Of a DNA stretch of 52,437 bases, positions 19,044 through 27,374 are shown one piece after another. The first letter of the stretch is position 1. Each line of letters starts with the position of its first letter. Source of the stretch: a virus (taxonomy: Duplodnaviria > Caudoviricetes); the IMG/VR virus record IMGVR_UViG_3300032242_002237, positions 1 to 52,437 of that record; one strand, given 5' to 3'. The position numbers were made by a program, and so were the translations under genes. Under the pieces are notes generated by a model that did not search any database, was not told where the DNA came from, and was given only the letters and a program-made list of their open reading frames with translations.

Positions 19044-19258
19044 GCAATGTGGTACACGTGGACTTTCGTTCGCCTCGGCAGGTACAACAGGACTACATGA
19101 TATCTCAGTTTCGAGACATGCTGGCCCGCAAGGGTTTTTGTGAAGACGACATCTTAGACATCCTGGACGGCATACGTGACTATGAATCCTACCAGGCCCT
19201 GGACTCGGTGTGCCGGCATGTGGTAGATGTATGGCACCACGAAACTGCCAAACTCTAG
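19040..19258 (+). CDS. Small hypothetical protein
   Basis: ATGA overlap; MSNVVHVDF start. Confidence 0.7.
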   Translation: MSNVVHVDFRSPRQVQQDYMISQFRDMLARKGFCEDDILDILDGIRDYESYQALDSVCRHVVDVWHHETAKL

Positions 19259-19262
19259 CCTG

Positions 19263-19292
19263 TTGACAACCCACTCACAAATGCAGTACATT
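19263..19292 (+). promoter_or_regulatory. sigma70-type promoter, probably giving a leaderless mRNA
   Basis: TTGACA-18 bp-TACATT; ATG 5 nt downstream, no SD. Confidence 0.6.
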
Positions 19293-19297
19293 ACAGC

Positions 19298-19867
19298 ATG
19301 GACATCAAAAACTTATCCACGCTCCTGGAAAATGCGAGCATCACAGCACCCAGTTCTGGCAACCAGCGTGTGTATGCTGACCTGATCGAGGAAATGGCCT
19401 GCGGCATTGCACAGGATCAATTTGCAGAACACTACCGTCCTGCCCGCTCGGTCAAGAGCACAGAAGATTTTGCTTTGGTCCAAAATGGACATACCATCTA
19501 CATTGATGTCAAAACACGCCAGCTGGGCACAGACTTAAACATGCCCAACATGATATCCGTGGACAAGCTGAACAAACTGCTGGATGATGCTTCGGTTGAA
19601 CTGTACTACTGGATGATTGACTACGAAGTGGCCGCTGATGGCTCAGCTGTGGTCAAGCACACAGAAATGCGAGCAGTATGGGACTTGCCCTGGGAGGCCT
19701 TGGCCATACAGAACCTGGGTCTGGGACAGTTGCAGATCTCCAATTGGACAGCTATAGACAAGCCTGGTCTGCCTCGCGCAGTATGGCATGCCCGGCTCAA
19801 GAGTGAAATGTACGCATTTTATACCCGTCAGGCTGTCAAATTCCAGGAACTGGCATCTCTTGTGTGA
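19298..19867 (+). CDS. Putative PD-(D/E)xK restriction-endonuclease-like protein
   Basis: DLIEE...STEDF-x9-YIDVKT pattern; 189 aa. Confidence 0.55.
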   Translation: MDIKNLSTLLENASITAPSSGNQRVYADLIEEMACGIAQDQFAEHYRPARSVKSTEDFALVQNGHTIYIDVKTRQLGTDLNMPNMISVDKLNKLLDDASVELYYWMIDYEVAADGSAVVKHTEMRAVWDLPWEALAIQNLGLGQLQISNWTAIDKPGLPRAVWHARLKSEMYAFYTRQAVKFQELASLV

Positions 19868-19908
19868 GACCTTGCTGTGCTAAATACTCCTATACGAGGA
19901 TTAGGAAT

Positions 19909-20226
19909 ATGAACATCGCAGAAATTCTAAGAGGGCTAGCCGATATTGTTGACGGAGCAGAAACGCCTGCACCAGCGGCACAGCAACCTGTGGTAATCAA
20001 CATCAACAATGGCGAAGCAGAAGCTCCTGCCCAGGACCCTGATGTTCCAACCGAAGCTGACGGCATGATGATTCCTCCCCTGCAACAAAAAATCGAACGA
20101 ATAAAAAAGATGGCTGGCGAAGAAAGTGCGTATGATCCAGTGGACGACGAAATCTCAGTCATGAAGCAAAACGCAGGACTCAAATTTGTAGGTGCCGCCA
20201 ACGACGACGAACCTTTTGAAGGCTAA
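19909..20226 (+). CDS. Acidic hypothetical late protein
   Basis: TAAATA at 19881, SD GAGGA/AGGA; MNIAEILRGLADIVD. Confidence 0.7.
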   Translation: MNIAEILRGLADIVDGAETPAPAAQQPVVININNGEAEAPAQDPDVPTEADGMMIPPLQQKIERIKKMAGEESAYDPVDDEISVMKQNAGLKFVGAANDDEPFEG

Positions 20227-20231
20227 GTCCA

Positions 20232-20663
20232 ATGGCTGACAAAACCCAAAAGCTATTCACCAGCAGGGTAAACAACCTAGACGCCGATAACTACATTGGC
20301 GAAGTGGGCCGTTTGTTTTACAATGAACCACCCACACCCAACACACCTCCCATACTGAGATACAGTGACGGTGTGACTCCGGGCGGTGTTCCGGTGACTG
20401 CACCCAATTTCAATGGCAACATTGCGATACCGGTCATAGTGGACGCTGGCTACTTGTACGACAACGGTGGCGGTGACAGAACTTGGGAAACTTCCATTGA
20501 CCCACAGGGCTTTCCGCGCCTGCCGGGCTATGAATCCGACACCACTGCCAATGCGGCCATTGTTGCTGGTGATGCCACTCCACAGCGTGGACAGATGTAC
20601 TACGACACCACCCTGGATCAGGCCAAGGTTTTTACTGCCACTGGCTGGCAGCCAATGAATTAA
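20232..20663 (+). CDS. Small tail-fibre-like structural protein
   Basis: YIGEVGRLFY..LRYSDGVTPGG and GQMYYDTT...W fibre-type modules. Confidence 0.55.
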   Translation: MADKTQKLFTSRVNNLDADNYIGEVGRLFYNEPPTPNTPPILRYSDGVTPGGVPVTAPNFNGNIAIPVIVDAGYLYDNGGGDRTWETSIDPQGFPRLPGYESDTTANAAIVAGDATPQRGQMYYDTTLDQAKVFTATGWQPMN

Positions 20664-20672
20664 CCAAAGCAC

Positions 20673-20728
20673 TTGCATCTGCCCAAATCATCAAGTATAC
20701 TTAGAGTCTAAAAAACCCAAGGTAAATA
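20673..20728 (+). promoter_or_regulatory. Tandem early and late promoters
   Basis: TTGCAT-17 bp-TATACT (20673-20701) and TAAATA (20723), 4 nt before ATG 20733. Confidence 0.6.
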
Positions 20729-20732
20729 CACT

Positions 20733-22766
20733 ATGATATTTGGATACTTGATGTTACTCATCGCGGTGGGAATTTCAGCCATCGCCGCTTACTACTCGGT
20801 CGCAGGGCTCACAGCTATCTTTGCGGCCGCGGTACTGCCTGTGATAATCATGGGTGGCGCACTGGAGGCAGGCAAGATCGCCGCCACGGTTTGGTTGCAC
20901 AACAACTGGAAACGTGCCGGTATTGCATTCAAGCTGTATTTGATTCCGGCCATCATGTTCCTCATGCTGTTGACCAGCATGGGCATTTTTGGTTTCCTTT
21001 CCAAAGCACATCTGGATCAAAACATTCCCACAGGTGATGCACAGGCCAAGGTGCAGATCATCGACGACAAGATTACCACGGCACGTGGCAACATAGACTC
21101 AGCCAAAACCACACTGAGGCAAATGGATGCACAGGTTAATGAAATGCTGAGCCGGTCCACTGACAACAAAGGCACTGAACGTGCAGTGGCTATCCGCAAG
21201 CAACAGGAAAAAGAACGTGCCAACCTAAACAAGATCATCACTGACAACCAAACTGCCGTCACGGCCCTGAACAACGAACGTGCGCCTTTGGCTGCCGAGT
21301 ACAGAAAGATCGAAGCTGAAGTGGGGCCAATCAAGTATGTGGCTGCTCTCATATATCATGACAACCCCGATGCCAACGCACTGGAAGCCGCTGTGCGCTG
21401 GGTGATCATCTTGATTGTTGTGGTGTTTGATCCGCTGGCCTTGTGTTTGATCCTGGCCGCTAACAAACAGTTGGAATGGGCTCGACAAGGCAAGGGTGCC
21501 TGGGTCCATGAAGAAGAGGACGAAAACAAAGCAAAGGATACAGCGACCAATGTTGCGGTGTCGGCGCTGGCAGTTCCTGTAGTGGAACCACCTCTTGCTC
21601 CTGCAGAGGAAGAAAAGCAAGGCCTGGAAAGCCCGCACAGCAACCAGTCTACTGGAGAGCTACCACTGCCGGAGCACCCTATCACTGAAGAACAGCGTGA
21701 GCAACAGGAGCAGGAGGAACTGGAACGTTTCTTCTGGCGCGGTCGGATGATTGCCCGGGCCTTGGATGCAGATGAAGCCGAACGCTTGGCCAAGGAAGCC
21801 AACGAAGAACTGGCCGCAGTAGATGCCTTTACTGAACAAGCATACGAAGACCTAGTGGCACAGATCGAAGCAGACGAAGCCAGGTATGAAGCAGAGCTGG
21901 AAAAGAAAACAGCTGAAGAACAAGCATTGAAGGCCAAGCTACAGGAACAAGAGCAAGCACTGATTGACCTGGCCACAGAATACGAATCCATGGAAGGCCG
22001 ACTACATGCAGAGATTGCTCGCAAGCTGGAACTGGCCGAAACCTTGGCCAATACCGAACAGCTCAAGACAGACTTGAAGTCTGCGCTGGACGGCACAGCA
22101 GAAGCCAACGAGACCTTGACCGGTGACAATCAGCGCATGGGACAAGAACTGCTACGTGCCACACAAACAGCCACCATGCTGAAATCACAGCTGGCACAAA
22201 GCGAACAAAAGACAGCAGAGCTACAGGGCTGGGTCGACCAACTGCAAGCAGATCTCAGAGCTGCCATGGAACTGGCACAAGAGCGCAATGAAGCAGTCAA
22301 GGCCATGCAAGCGCAGATTCCACAGCCAGAAGTGACAGTGACTGAAGTGTTTCCTGAACCAGAACCAGTCACAGACGAACCACTGCCAGCTGACCCAGTC
22401 ACAGACGAAACACATGACACCACAGCAGGTGCAGAACTGGGATTCACTGAAAGATATTTCAGCCACAAGGTAACACCTGATGGCACTGAGTCACAGGCTG
22501 GCTTTGGCAACGAGTTTCCTGCCGCACCTGCCAAGGGAGATCTTTTCCTGCGTGTGGACTTCCTGCCCAGCAGGCTGTACAAATGGAATGGACTCAAGTG
22601 GATCGAGGTTGACAAAGGCCTCAGCGATCATTTAGTATACAACCAAGCCTACATAGAACATCTAGTAGAACGCATACGTTCTGGAGAATACGACATCGAC
22701 GATCTCAGCGACAGTGAAAAACAAGAACTGCAACAGTACCTGACGAGCCAGAATGCAACACTATAG
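20733..22766 (+). CDS. Membrane-anchored long coiled-coil protein
   Basis: Three N-terminal TM segments, coiled coil, TM (WVIILIVVVFDPLALCLIL), long acidic coiled coil, C-terminal FPAAPAKGDLFLRVD module. Confidence 0.75.
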   Translation: MIFGYLMLLIAVGISAIAAYYSVAGLTAIFAAAVLPVIIMGGALEAGKIAATVWLHNNWKRAGIAFKLYLIPAIMFLMLLTSMGIFGFLSKAHLDQNIPTGDAQAKVQIIDDKITTARGNIDSAKTTLRQMDAQVNEMLSRSTDNKGTERAVAIRKQQEKERANLNKIITDNQTAVTALNNERAPLAAEYRKIEAEVGPIKYVAALIYHDNPDANALEAAVRWVIILIVVVFDPLALCLILAANKQLEWARQGKGAWVHEEEDENKAKDTATNVAVSALAVPVVEPPLAPAEEEKQGLESPHSNQSTGELPLPEHPITEEQREQQEQEELERFFWRGRMIARALDADEAERLAKEANEELAAVDAFTEQAYEDLVAQIEADEARYEAELEKKTAEEQALKAKLQEQEQALIDLATEYESMEGRLHAEIARKLELAETLANTEQLKTDLKSALDGTAEANETLTGDNQRMGQELLRATQTATMLKSQLAQSEQKTAELQGWVDQLQADLRAAMELAQERNEAVKAMQAQIPQPEVTVTEVFPEPEPVTDEPLPADPVTDETHDTTAGAELGFTERYFSHKVTPDGTESQAGFGNEFPAAPAKGDLFLRVDFLPSRLYKWNGLKWIEVDKGLSDHLVYNQAYIEHLVERIRSGEYDIDDLSDSEKQELQQYLTSQNATL

Positions 22767-23118
22767 CAATTTTGTCACGCCACCGGATTTTGTCAAGGAC
22801 GAATTCCACACAGTACTGTTGATTGACCTTGACTGGGTGCATGTGGATGAGCTGGCCATATGGTGCAAGACTGCACCTGTGAACCTGAACATCTATATCT
22901 ATCAAGACATCATGCTCAATGAAGCCTGGCTGGCTGACGCCATCAACCGAAGCAACACGATAATCATGAACACAGACAGCAGTGCTGTGGATCACATAAA
23001 GAATCAATTGATCAAAGCATCAAATGTATGGTACTATGGTGACAAGAAGTTTCTTGGCAACCAACAAAAAATCGACAACCCACTGGATTGGTTCGTGAGG
23101 ACATATGGCCACGGATGA
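22753..23118 (+). CDS. Hypothetical phage protein
   Basis: 121 aa, overlapping both neighbours. Confidence 0.7.
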   Translation: MQHYSNFVTPPDFVKDEFHTVLLIDLDWVHVDELAIWCKTAPVNLNIYIYQDIMLNEAWLADAINRSNTIIMNTDSSAVDHIKNQLIKASNVWYYGDKKFLGNQQKIDNPLDWFVRTYGHG

Positions 23119-24310
23119 ACAAGCACAAGTAAGACACATGAGTTGCGACTTCTGTGGCAAGGCACGAGCAGAAGTTACCAAGTTGATTGTGGCCAATGAC
23201 GCCGCTATCTGCAACGAGTGTATAGACCTTTGTCATGATATATTGGAAAAAGAACGCATAGACTTGATCAAGACTGATCGCAAGATTGGTCGGCTGTTGA
23301 ATCCAGTCAAGGTCAAGCAGTTCATGGACCAGTACGTGATTGGACAGGAAGACGCCAAGCGAGCCTTGGCAGTGGCAGTGGTCAACCACTACAAACGAGT
23401 GCATTTCAAAAGCAAGATAGAGATGGAGAAAAGCAATCTCTTGATGTTTGGGCCCACTGGATCCGGCAAGACCCTGTTGGCCAAGACAGTGGCCAGATAT
23501 CTCAATGTGCCGTTTGTGATCGCTGATGCCACCACACTCACACAGGCTGGCTATGTTGGCGAGGATGCTGACAGCTTGATCAGCCGACTGCTGAGTGAAG
23601 CCGACAACGACGTGGAAAAATGCCAGACTGGCATTGTGTTCATTGACGAAATAGACAAGATAGGTCGCAAGAGCGAAAGTGCCAGCCTCACACGTGACGT
23701 TTCCGGTGAAGGTGTACAACAGGCCCTGCTCAAGCTGGTAGAAGGCACCACGGTGAGAGTCAGCGCAGTGGGATCCAAGAAAGAATACGTGGAAGTAGAC
23801 ACCACCAACATATTGTTCATTGCTGGTGGCGCATTTGACGGCCTGGACAAGATCATAGAAGGTCGCAAGCAAGGCAACTCCATTGGCTTTACCAGCAGGC
23901 CCAGCGAAGTCAACACAGTGGATCATGCCATACCCAAAGACTTCATGAAGTATGGAATGATTCCAGAATTTGTTGGACGTTTTCCTATCTCTGTGAGACT
24001 GGATCCACCATCCATCGAAACCATGGTCAGGATCTTGGTCGAGCCCAAGAACAGCATGCTGGCCCAGCAACAGTTTTATTTCATGGCAGATGGTATTGCC
24101 TTGGAATTTGAAGATGCTGCCGTGCTGTGCATAGCACAGCAGGCCCTGGATCTGGGCATTGGAGCACGTGGGCTCAAGACAGTGATAGACGACATAATGA
24201 TGCCCATCATGTATGGCATTCCGGATCTCAAGAAAGAAGACGTCAAAGAATTGGTCATAACAGAAGGAATGATAACTAACAATAAAGCAAAGGAGACACA
24301 TGCGATTTAA
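23105..24310 (+). CDS. clpX: ATP-dependent Clp protease ATPase ClpX
   Basis: C4 zinc finger CDFC...[42 protein letters not shown] loop, GARGL. Confidence 0.95.
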   Translation: MATDEQAQVRHMSCDFCGKARAEVTKLIVANDAAICNECIDLCHDILEKERIDLIKTDRKIGRLLNPVKVKQFMDQYVIGQEDAKRALAVAVVNHYKRVHFKSKIEMEKSNLLMFGPTGSGKTLLAKTVARYLNVPFVIADATTLTQAGYVGEDADSLISRLLSEADNDVEKCQTGIVFIDEIDKIGRKSESASLTRDVSGEGVQQALLKLVEGTTVRVSAVGSKKEYVEVDTTNILFIAGGAFDGLDKIIEGRKQGNSIGFTSRPSEVNTVDHAIPKDFMKYGMIPEFVGRFPISVRLDPPSIETMVRILVEPKNSMLAQQQFYFMADGIALEFEDAAVLCIAQQALDLGIGARGLKTVIDDIMMPIMYGIPDLKKEDVKELVITEGMITNNKAKETHAI

Positions 24311-24539
24311 GAAACCAATGGTAGCACAGGGATTGAAGGTAGAAGTAGTTGATGGCCAAGTTGAAAAGGCCATGCGCAAGTTCAAGAAAAAAGTGATCGA
24401 AAGCGGATTGCTACAAGAACTGCGTGAGCGTGAGTTTTATGAAAAGCCCACAACTGCTCGCAAGAAAGCCAAGAATTCAGCCAAGCGACGCTGGCAGAAA
24501 AAAGTAGCGGCTGACCAGTTGCCTAAAAAAATGTATTGA
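24300..24539 (+). CDS. rpsU: Ribosomal protein bS21
   Basis: VEKAMRKFKKKV..SGLLQELREREFYEKPT. Confidence 0.92.
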   Translation: MRFKKPMVAQGLKVEVVDGQVEKAMRKFKKKVIESGLLQELREREFYEKPTTARKKAKNSAKRRWQKKVAADQLPKKMY

Positions 24540-24542
24540 TGC

Positions 24543-24830
24543 ATGTATATAGAATTCAGCCTGACACCTGAATTGGAAACAATAGGTCATCCGGCACTGA
24601 GGGAAACTTATACCACAGTGCTGTACCGTGACATCAAAGACTGGGCCACACGGCATGATGTGCGCTACAAGACCAAGCTGTGGAAAATGACCTATAGATT
24701 GATACTGGAAAACGAGCAAGCCTACACTCATTTCCAGCTGAGCTGGGATCCTGTGTTCAAAGGGCACCAGTACAGGCTTGTGGAGCCTGGGCAGATTCCA
24801 CCAGATAAATTGACTTCTTCTCCTGATTAG
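24543..24830 (+). CDS. Hypothetical phage protein
   Basis: 95 aa in operon context. Confidence 0.65.
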   Translation: MYIEFSLTPELETIGHPALRETYTTVLYRDIKDWATRHDVRYKTKLWKMTYRLILENEQAYTHFQLSWDPVFKGHQYRLVEPGQIPPDKLTSSPD

Positions 24831-24840
24831 TGTATAAATA
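24810..24840 (+). promoter_or_regulatory. Overlapping sigma70 and late promoter for hsp20
   Basis: TTGACT-17 bp-TATAAA; perfect TATAAATA at 24833-24840. Confidence 0.75.
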
Positions 24841-24900
24841 TATTTGTAAGATGCCTACGGGGTCTTGCAACGTCATATTTGCTTATAAAGGAGAAATAAA

Positions 24901-25365
24901 ATGACACCATCACAAATCCAAACCATTCAGTTTGACCTACCTGCACTGCATCGCCACTTTGTGGGATTCGACAACATCTTTGAAGAGATCAATCGAACCT
25001 TCCACCAGGCCAAGCAGGACAACTACCCTCCACACAACATCATCCGCACTGCCGAAAATCGTTTCACGATTGAACTGGCCGTAGCTGGCTTTGATCAAAG
25101 TGAGCTGGACGTGGAAGTTGCGTCAAACGAATACAACCAACAGGTCCTTACCATTTCAGGCAAGCGCAACCGAGACGAAGATCAGACCAGAGAATATCTG
25201 CACCGTGGTCTTGCCGCTCGTAATTTTGAGCGCAGTTTCACGCTACAGAATCATGTGGAGATCACAAACGTGGCCGTGGAAAACGGAATCATGAGCGTGA
25301 ATCTCGAGCAGAGGATTCCTGAGAGTTTGAAACCTAAAAAGGTTGCAATTACTTTCAAGAAGTAA
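24901..25365 (+). CDS. Small heat shock protein (Hsp20/IbpA-like)
   Basis: FVGFD, NYPPHNI, IELAVAGF, YLHRGLAARNFERSFTL, NGIM. Confidence 0.95.
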   Translation: MTPSQIQTIQFDLPALHRHFVGFDNIFEEINRTFHQAKQDNYPPHNIIRTAENRFTIELAVAGFDQSELDVEVASNEYNQQVLTISGKRNRDEDQTREYLHRGLAARNFERSFTLQNHVEITNVAVENGIMSVNLEQRIPESLKPKKVAITFKK

Positions 25366-25370
25366 TACAA

Positions 25371-25400
25371 TGTAGGCTACAGTCAAGGCTGTAGCCTACA
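25371..25400. repeat. Perfect 12-bp inverted repeat between hsp20 and clpS
   Basis: TGTAGGCTACAG-tcaagg-CTGTAGCCTACA, directly after TTGCAA-17 bp-TACAAT (25343-25371). Confidence 0.8.
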
Positions 25401-25422
25401 ACAATTACCGAGAGAGTATATC

Positions 25423-25749
25423 ATGTCCGACGATACAATCATCAAGCCAAAAGTGGAACACAGTCTGAAACTAGATCCCAAGCTCAACATTCCTGAACCC
25501 AAGATGTTCAAGGTGATCTTTGTCAACGATGAAGTGACCACCATGGAGTTCATTGTGGAATGTCTCAAAGCCATCTTTCGCTATGAGGAAGAAGAAGCAC
25601 ATGCCAAGACCATGCAAATCCACGAAGAAGGAACTGGGGTGGTAGCTGTGTTGCCATTTGAAATTGCTGAACAGAAAGGCATCGAAGCCACTGTGCTGGC
25701 ACGTAACAATGGCTTTCCTTTGCAAATCAAACTTGAACTGGACAACTGA
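25423..25749 (+). CDS. clpS: N-degron adaptor ClpS
   Basis: PKMFKVIFVNDEVTTMEFIV, QIHEEG, EIAEQK, GFPL. Confidence 0.93.
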   Translation: MSDDTIIKPKVEHSLKLDPKLNIPEPKMFKVIFVNDEVTTMEFIVECLKAIFRYEEEEAHAKTMQIHEEGTGVVAVLPFEIAEQKGIEATVLARNNGFPLQIKLELDN

Positions 25750-25751
25750 TC

Positions 25752-26303
25752 ATGGACGTGATGCTGGACTTGGAAACACTGAGCACACGCCCTGAAAGCG
25801 TGATCCTTACCATTGGCGCTGTGAAGTTCAGTCCCTGGGAAGATGATGTAGAAACCGAAACAGGCCTGTATCAGCGTGTGAACGTAGACGAACAACTGGC
25901 GCTGGATCGACATGTGCTGGACTCTACCATTGAGTGGTGGGGCAAGCAACCCGAAGATGTGCGTGAAGAAGCACTGGGCGACAGCGGACGTGTGAGCCTG
26001 GATGACATGACACGCGAACTCAATCGATTCTTGGTTGGTGTTGAAAACATCTGGTGCCAGGGTCCTGCGTTTGACATCGTGATCCTAGAAAATCTATATC
26101 GCCAGCTGAGCAAGCCAACACCTTGGCAGTTCTGGCAGATCCGTGACAGCCGTACACTGTTTGGCACATTTGGTGATCCTAGAGAAAAAGGCCGCAAGGC
26201 CGCACACAATGCACTCATGGACTGCTATTATCAGGCACTGGGTGTGCAACAGGTATACCGCCAGGCTCGCATTCCCAATCCCAAAGAAAGAGTATCTGCA
26301 TGA
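25752..26303 (+). CDS. DEDDh 3'-5' exonuclease (Rv2179c/DexA-like)
   Basis: MLDLETL, FD..IL, RDSRT, HNALMD. Confidence 0.88.
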   Translation: MDVMLDLETLSTRPESVILTIGAVKFSPWEDDVETETGLYQRVNVDEQLALDRHVLDSTIEWWGKQPEDVREEALGDSGRVSLDDMTRELNRFLVGVENIWCQGPAFDIVILENLYRQLSKPTPWQFWQIRDSRTLFGTFGDPREKGRKAAHNALMDCYYQALGVQQVYRQARIPNPKERVSA

Positions 26304-26545
26304 CACCTATCACTGAAAACCAATTGATATTGGAAAAACTAGACGCACTCACACACATGGTAGACAATCTCAGCGGTCGTGTCAGTGCGCTGGATACCAA
26401 GCTCATGTTCCTACAGCAGGATGTTGATACCATCAAGGAAGACACCGTGGTGATCGAAGAAACCTTGGTAGATGGCATCAAAGGCATCATCAAGATCATT
26501 CCACAGCCTGAGCAGAAAAACACCTGGGTCAAGGAACAACTATGA
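26300..26545 (+). CDS. Small coiled-coil hypothetical protein
   Basis: 81 aa with ATGA overlaps at both ends. Confidence 0.6.
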   Translation: MTPITENQLILEKLDALTHMVDNLSGRVSALDTKLMFLQQDVDTIKEDTVVIEETLVDGIKGIIKIIPQPEQKNTWVKEQL

Positions 26546-26874
26546 ACATAGTATTTGGTGACGATGTAGCAGAAGAACTGCGCAAGAAATACACCTTGCT
26601 TGAAGTTGACACAGTACAGCATCCTGAGCATGGCCTGGTCAGTGCTTGGGTGGTTTTGCCCATGGAATCCATTGCCATGGAAATGGCCAGCCTGGATCAA
26701 AATGTCATGCAACATGCCATGTTGATTGAATCACTCAAGAAAGACGATACCAGCACAGTACGGCTGATGTGCCAGGCACTGACTGGCAAGTTTGGTGGAG
26801 AGATGGACACTTTCTATGAAGAAATCACCAAACGCATTGATAACACTGGTTCTACACTGTTATCTAATTCTTAG
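26542..26874 (+). CDS. Stand-alone homolog of the C-terminus of the class III cyclase at 32822
   Basis: MCQALTGKFGGEMDTFYEEITKRID aligns with cyclase MCAKLKGNFGGQMDKYYKIWIERCD. Confidence 0.7.
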   Translation: MNIVFGDDVAEELRKKYTLLEVDTVQHPEHGLVSAWVVLPMESIAMEMASLDQNVMQHAMLIESLKKDDTSTVRLMCQALTGKFGGEMDTFYEEITKRIDNTGSTLLSNS

Positions 26875-26887
26875 CAGTTAAAAAATT

Positions 26888-26923
26888 CCCATTTCTCCTT
26901 AAGTATAGTTAAGGAGTAGTGGG
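26888..26923 (+). promoter_or_regulatory. Late promoter (TAAGTA) in an SD-occluding hairpin heading the curli operon
   Basis: CTCCTTAA-gtatag-TTAAGGAG, outer CCCA/TGGG; SD AAGGAG in the 3' arm. Confidence 0.65.
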
Positions 26924-27373
26924 ATGATAAAAAAAATAACAACCCTGATAGTTTTCGCTGCCGCGGTGGTACCTGCATCTGCGGCTCCTCTTGGCGATTA
27001 CCAGTTCAAAAGCCCCAGTTTCAATGGTGCAGGCTATTCCAGCCATGTGTTGTCCATCGAAAGCACAGAAATGGCACGTGCCAAGGCCATACAAGATGCT
27101 TTCACTGCCGCACAGCAGGCTGAGGCCAACAAGGCCGCCAACTTGCCTATAAACCAATTCTTGGTAAACCTTGAGTCACGAATATATGCGCAGATTTCTC
27201 AGAATCTGGCCACTGCCATGTTTGCTGGTGGCAACAACACATCCGGCACCATTGACTTCCAAGGCAATACCATCAACTGGATCAACCAAGGCAACAACAT
27301 AAAGTTGACCATATTTGATCCCAACAACAGCCAAACCATTATCAACGTACCCATACTAGGGGTGCCACACTAA
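26924..27373 (+). CDS. csgF: Curli assembly protein CsgF-like
   Basis: Signal peptide then YQFKSPSFNG, FLVNLESRIYAQIS; directly upstream of csgG. Confidence 0.8.
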   Translation: MIKKITTLIVFAAAVVPASAAPLGDYQFKSPSFNGAGYSSHVLSIESTEMARAKAIQDAFTAAQQAEANKAANLPINQFLVNLESRIYAQISQNLATAMFAGGNNTSGTIDFQGNTINWINQGNNIKLTIFDPNNSQTIINVPILGVPH

Positions 27374-27374
27374 C

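Noticed and set aside
22360-22410. Duplicated CCAGTCACAGACGAA
   Set aside because: Encodes a PVTDE repeat in a disordered linker.
23012-24385. 457-aa minus-strand ORF
   Set aside because: Antisense shadow of clpX; no motifs or expression signals.
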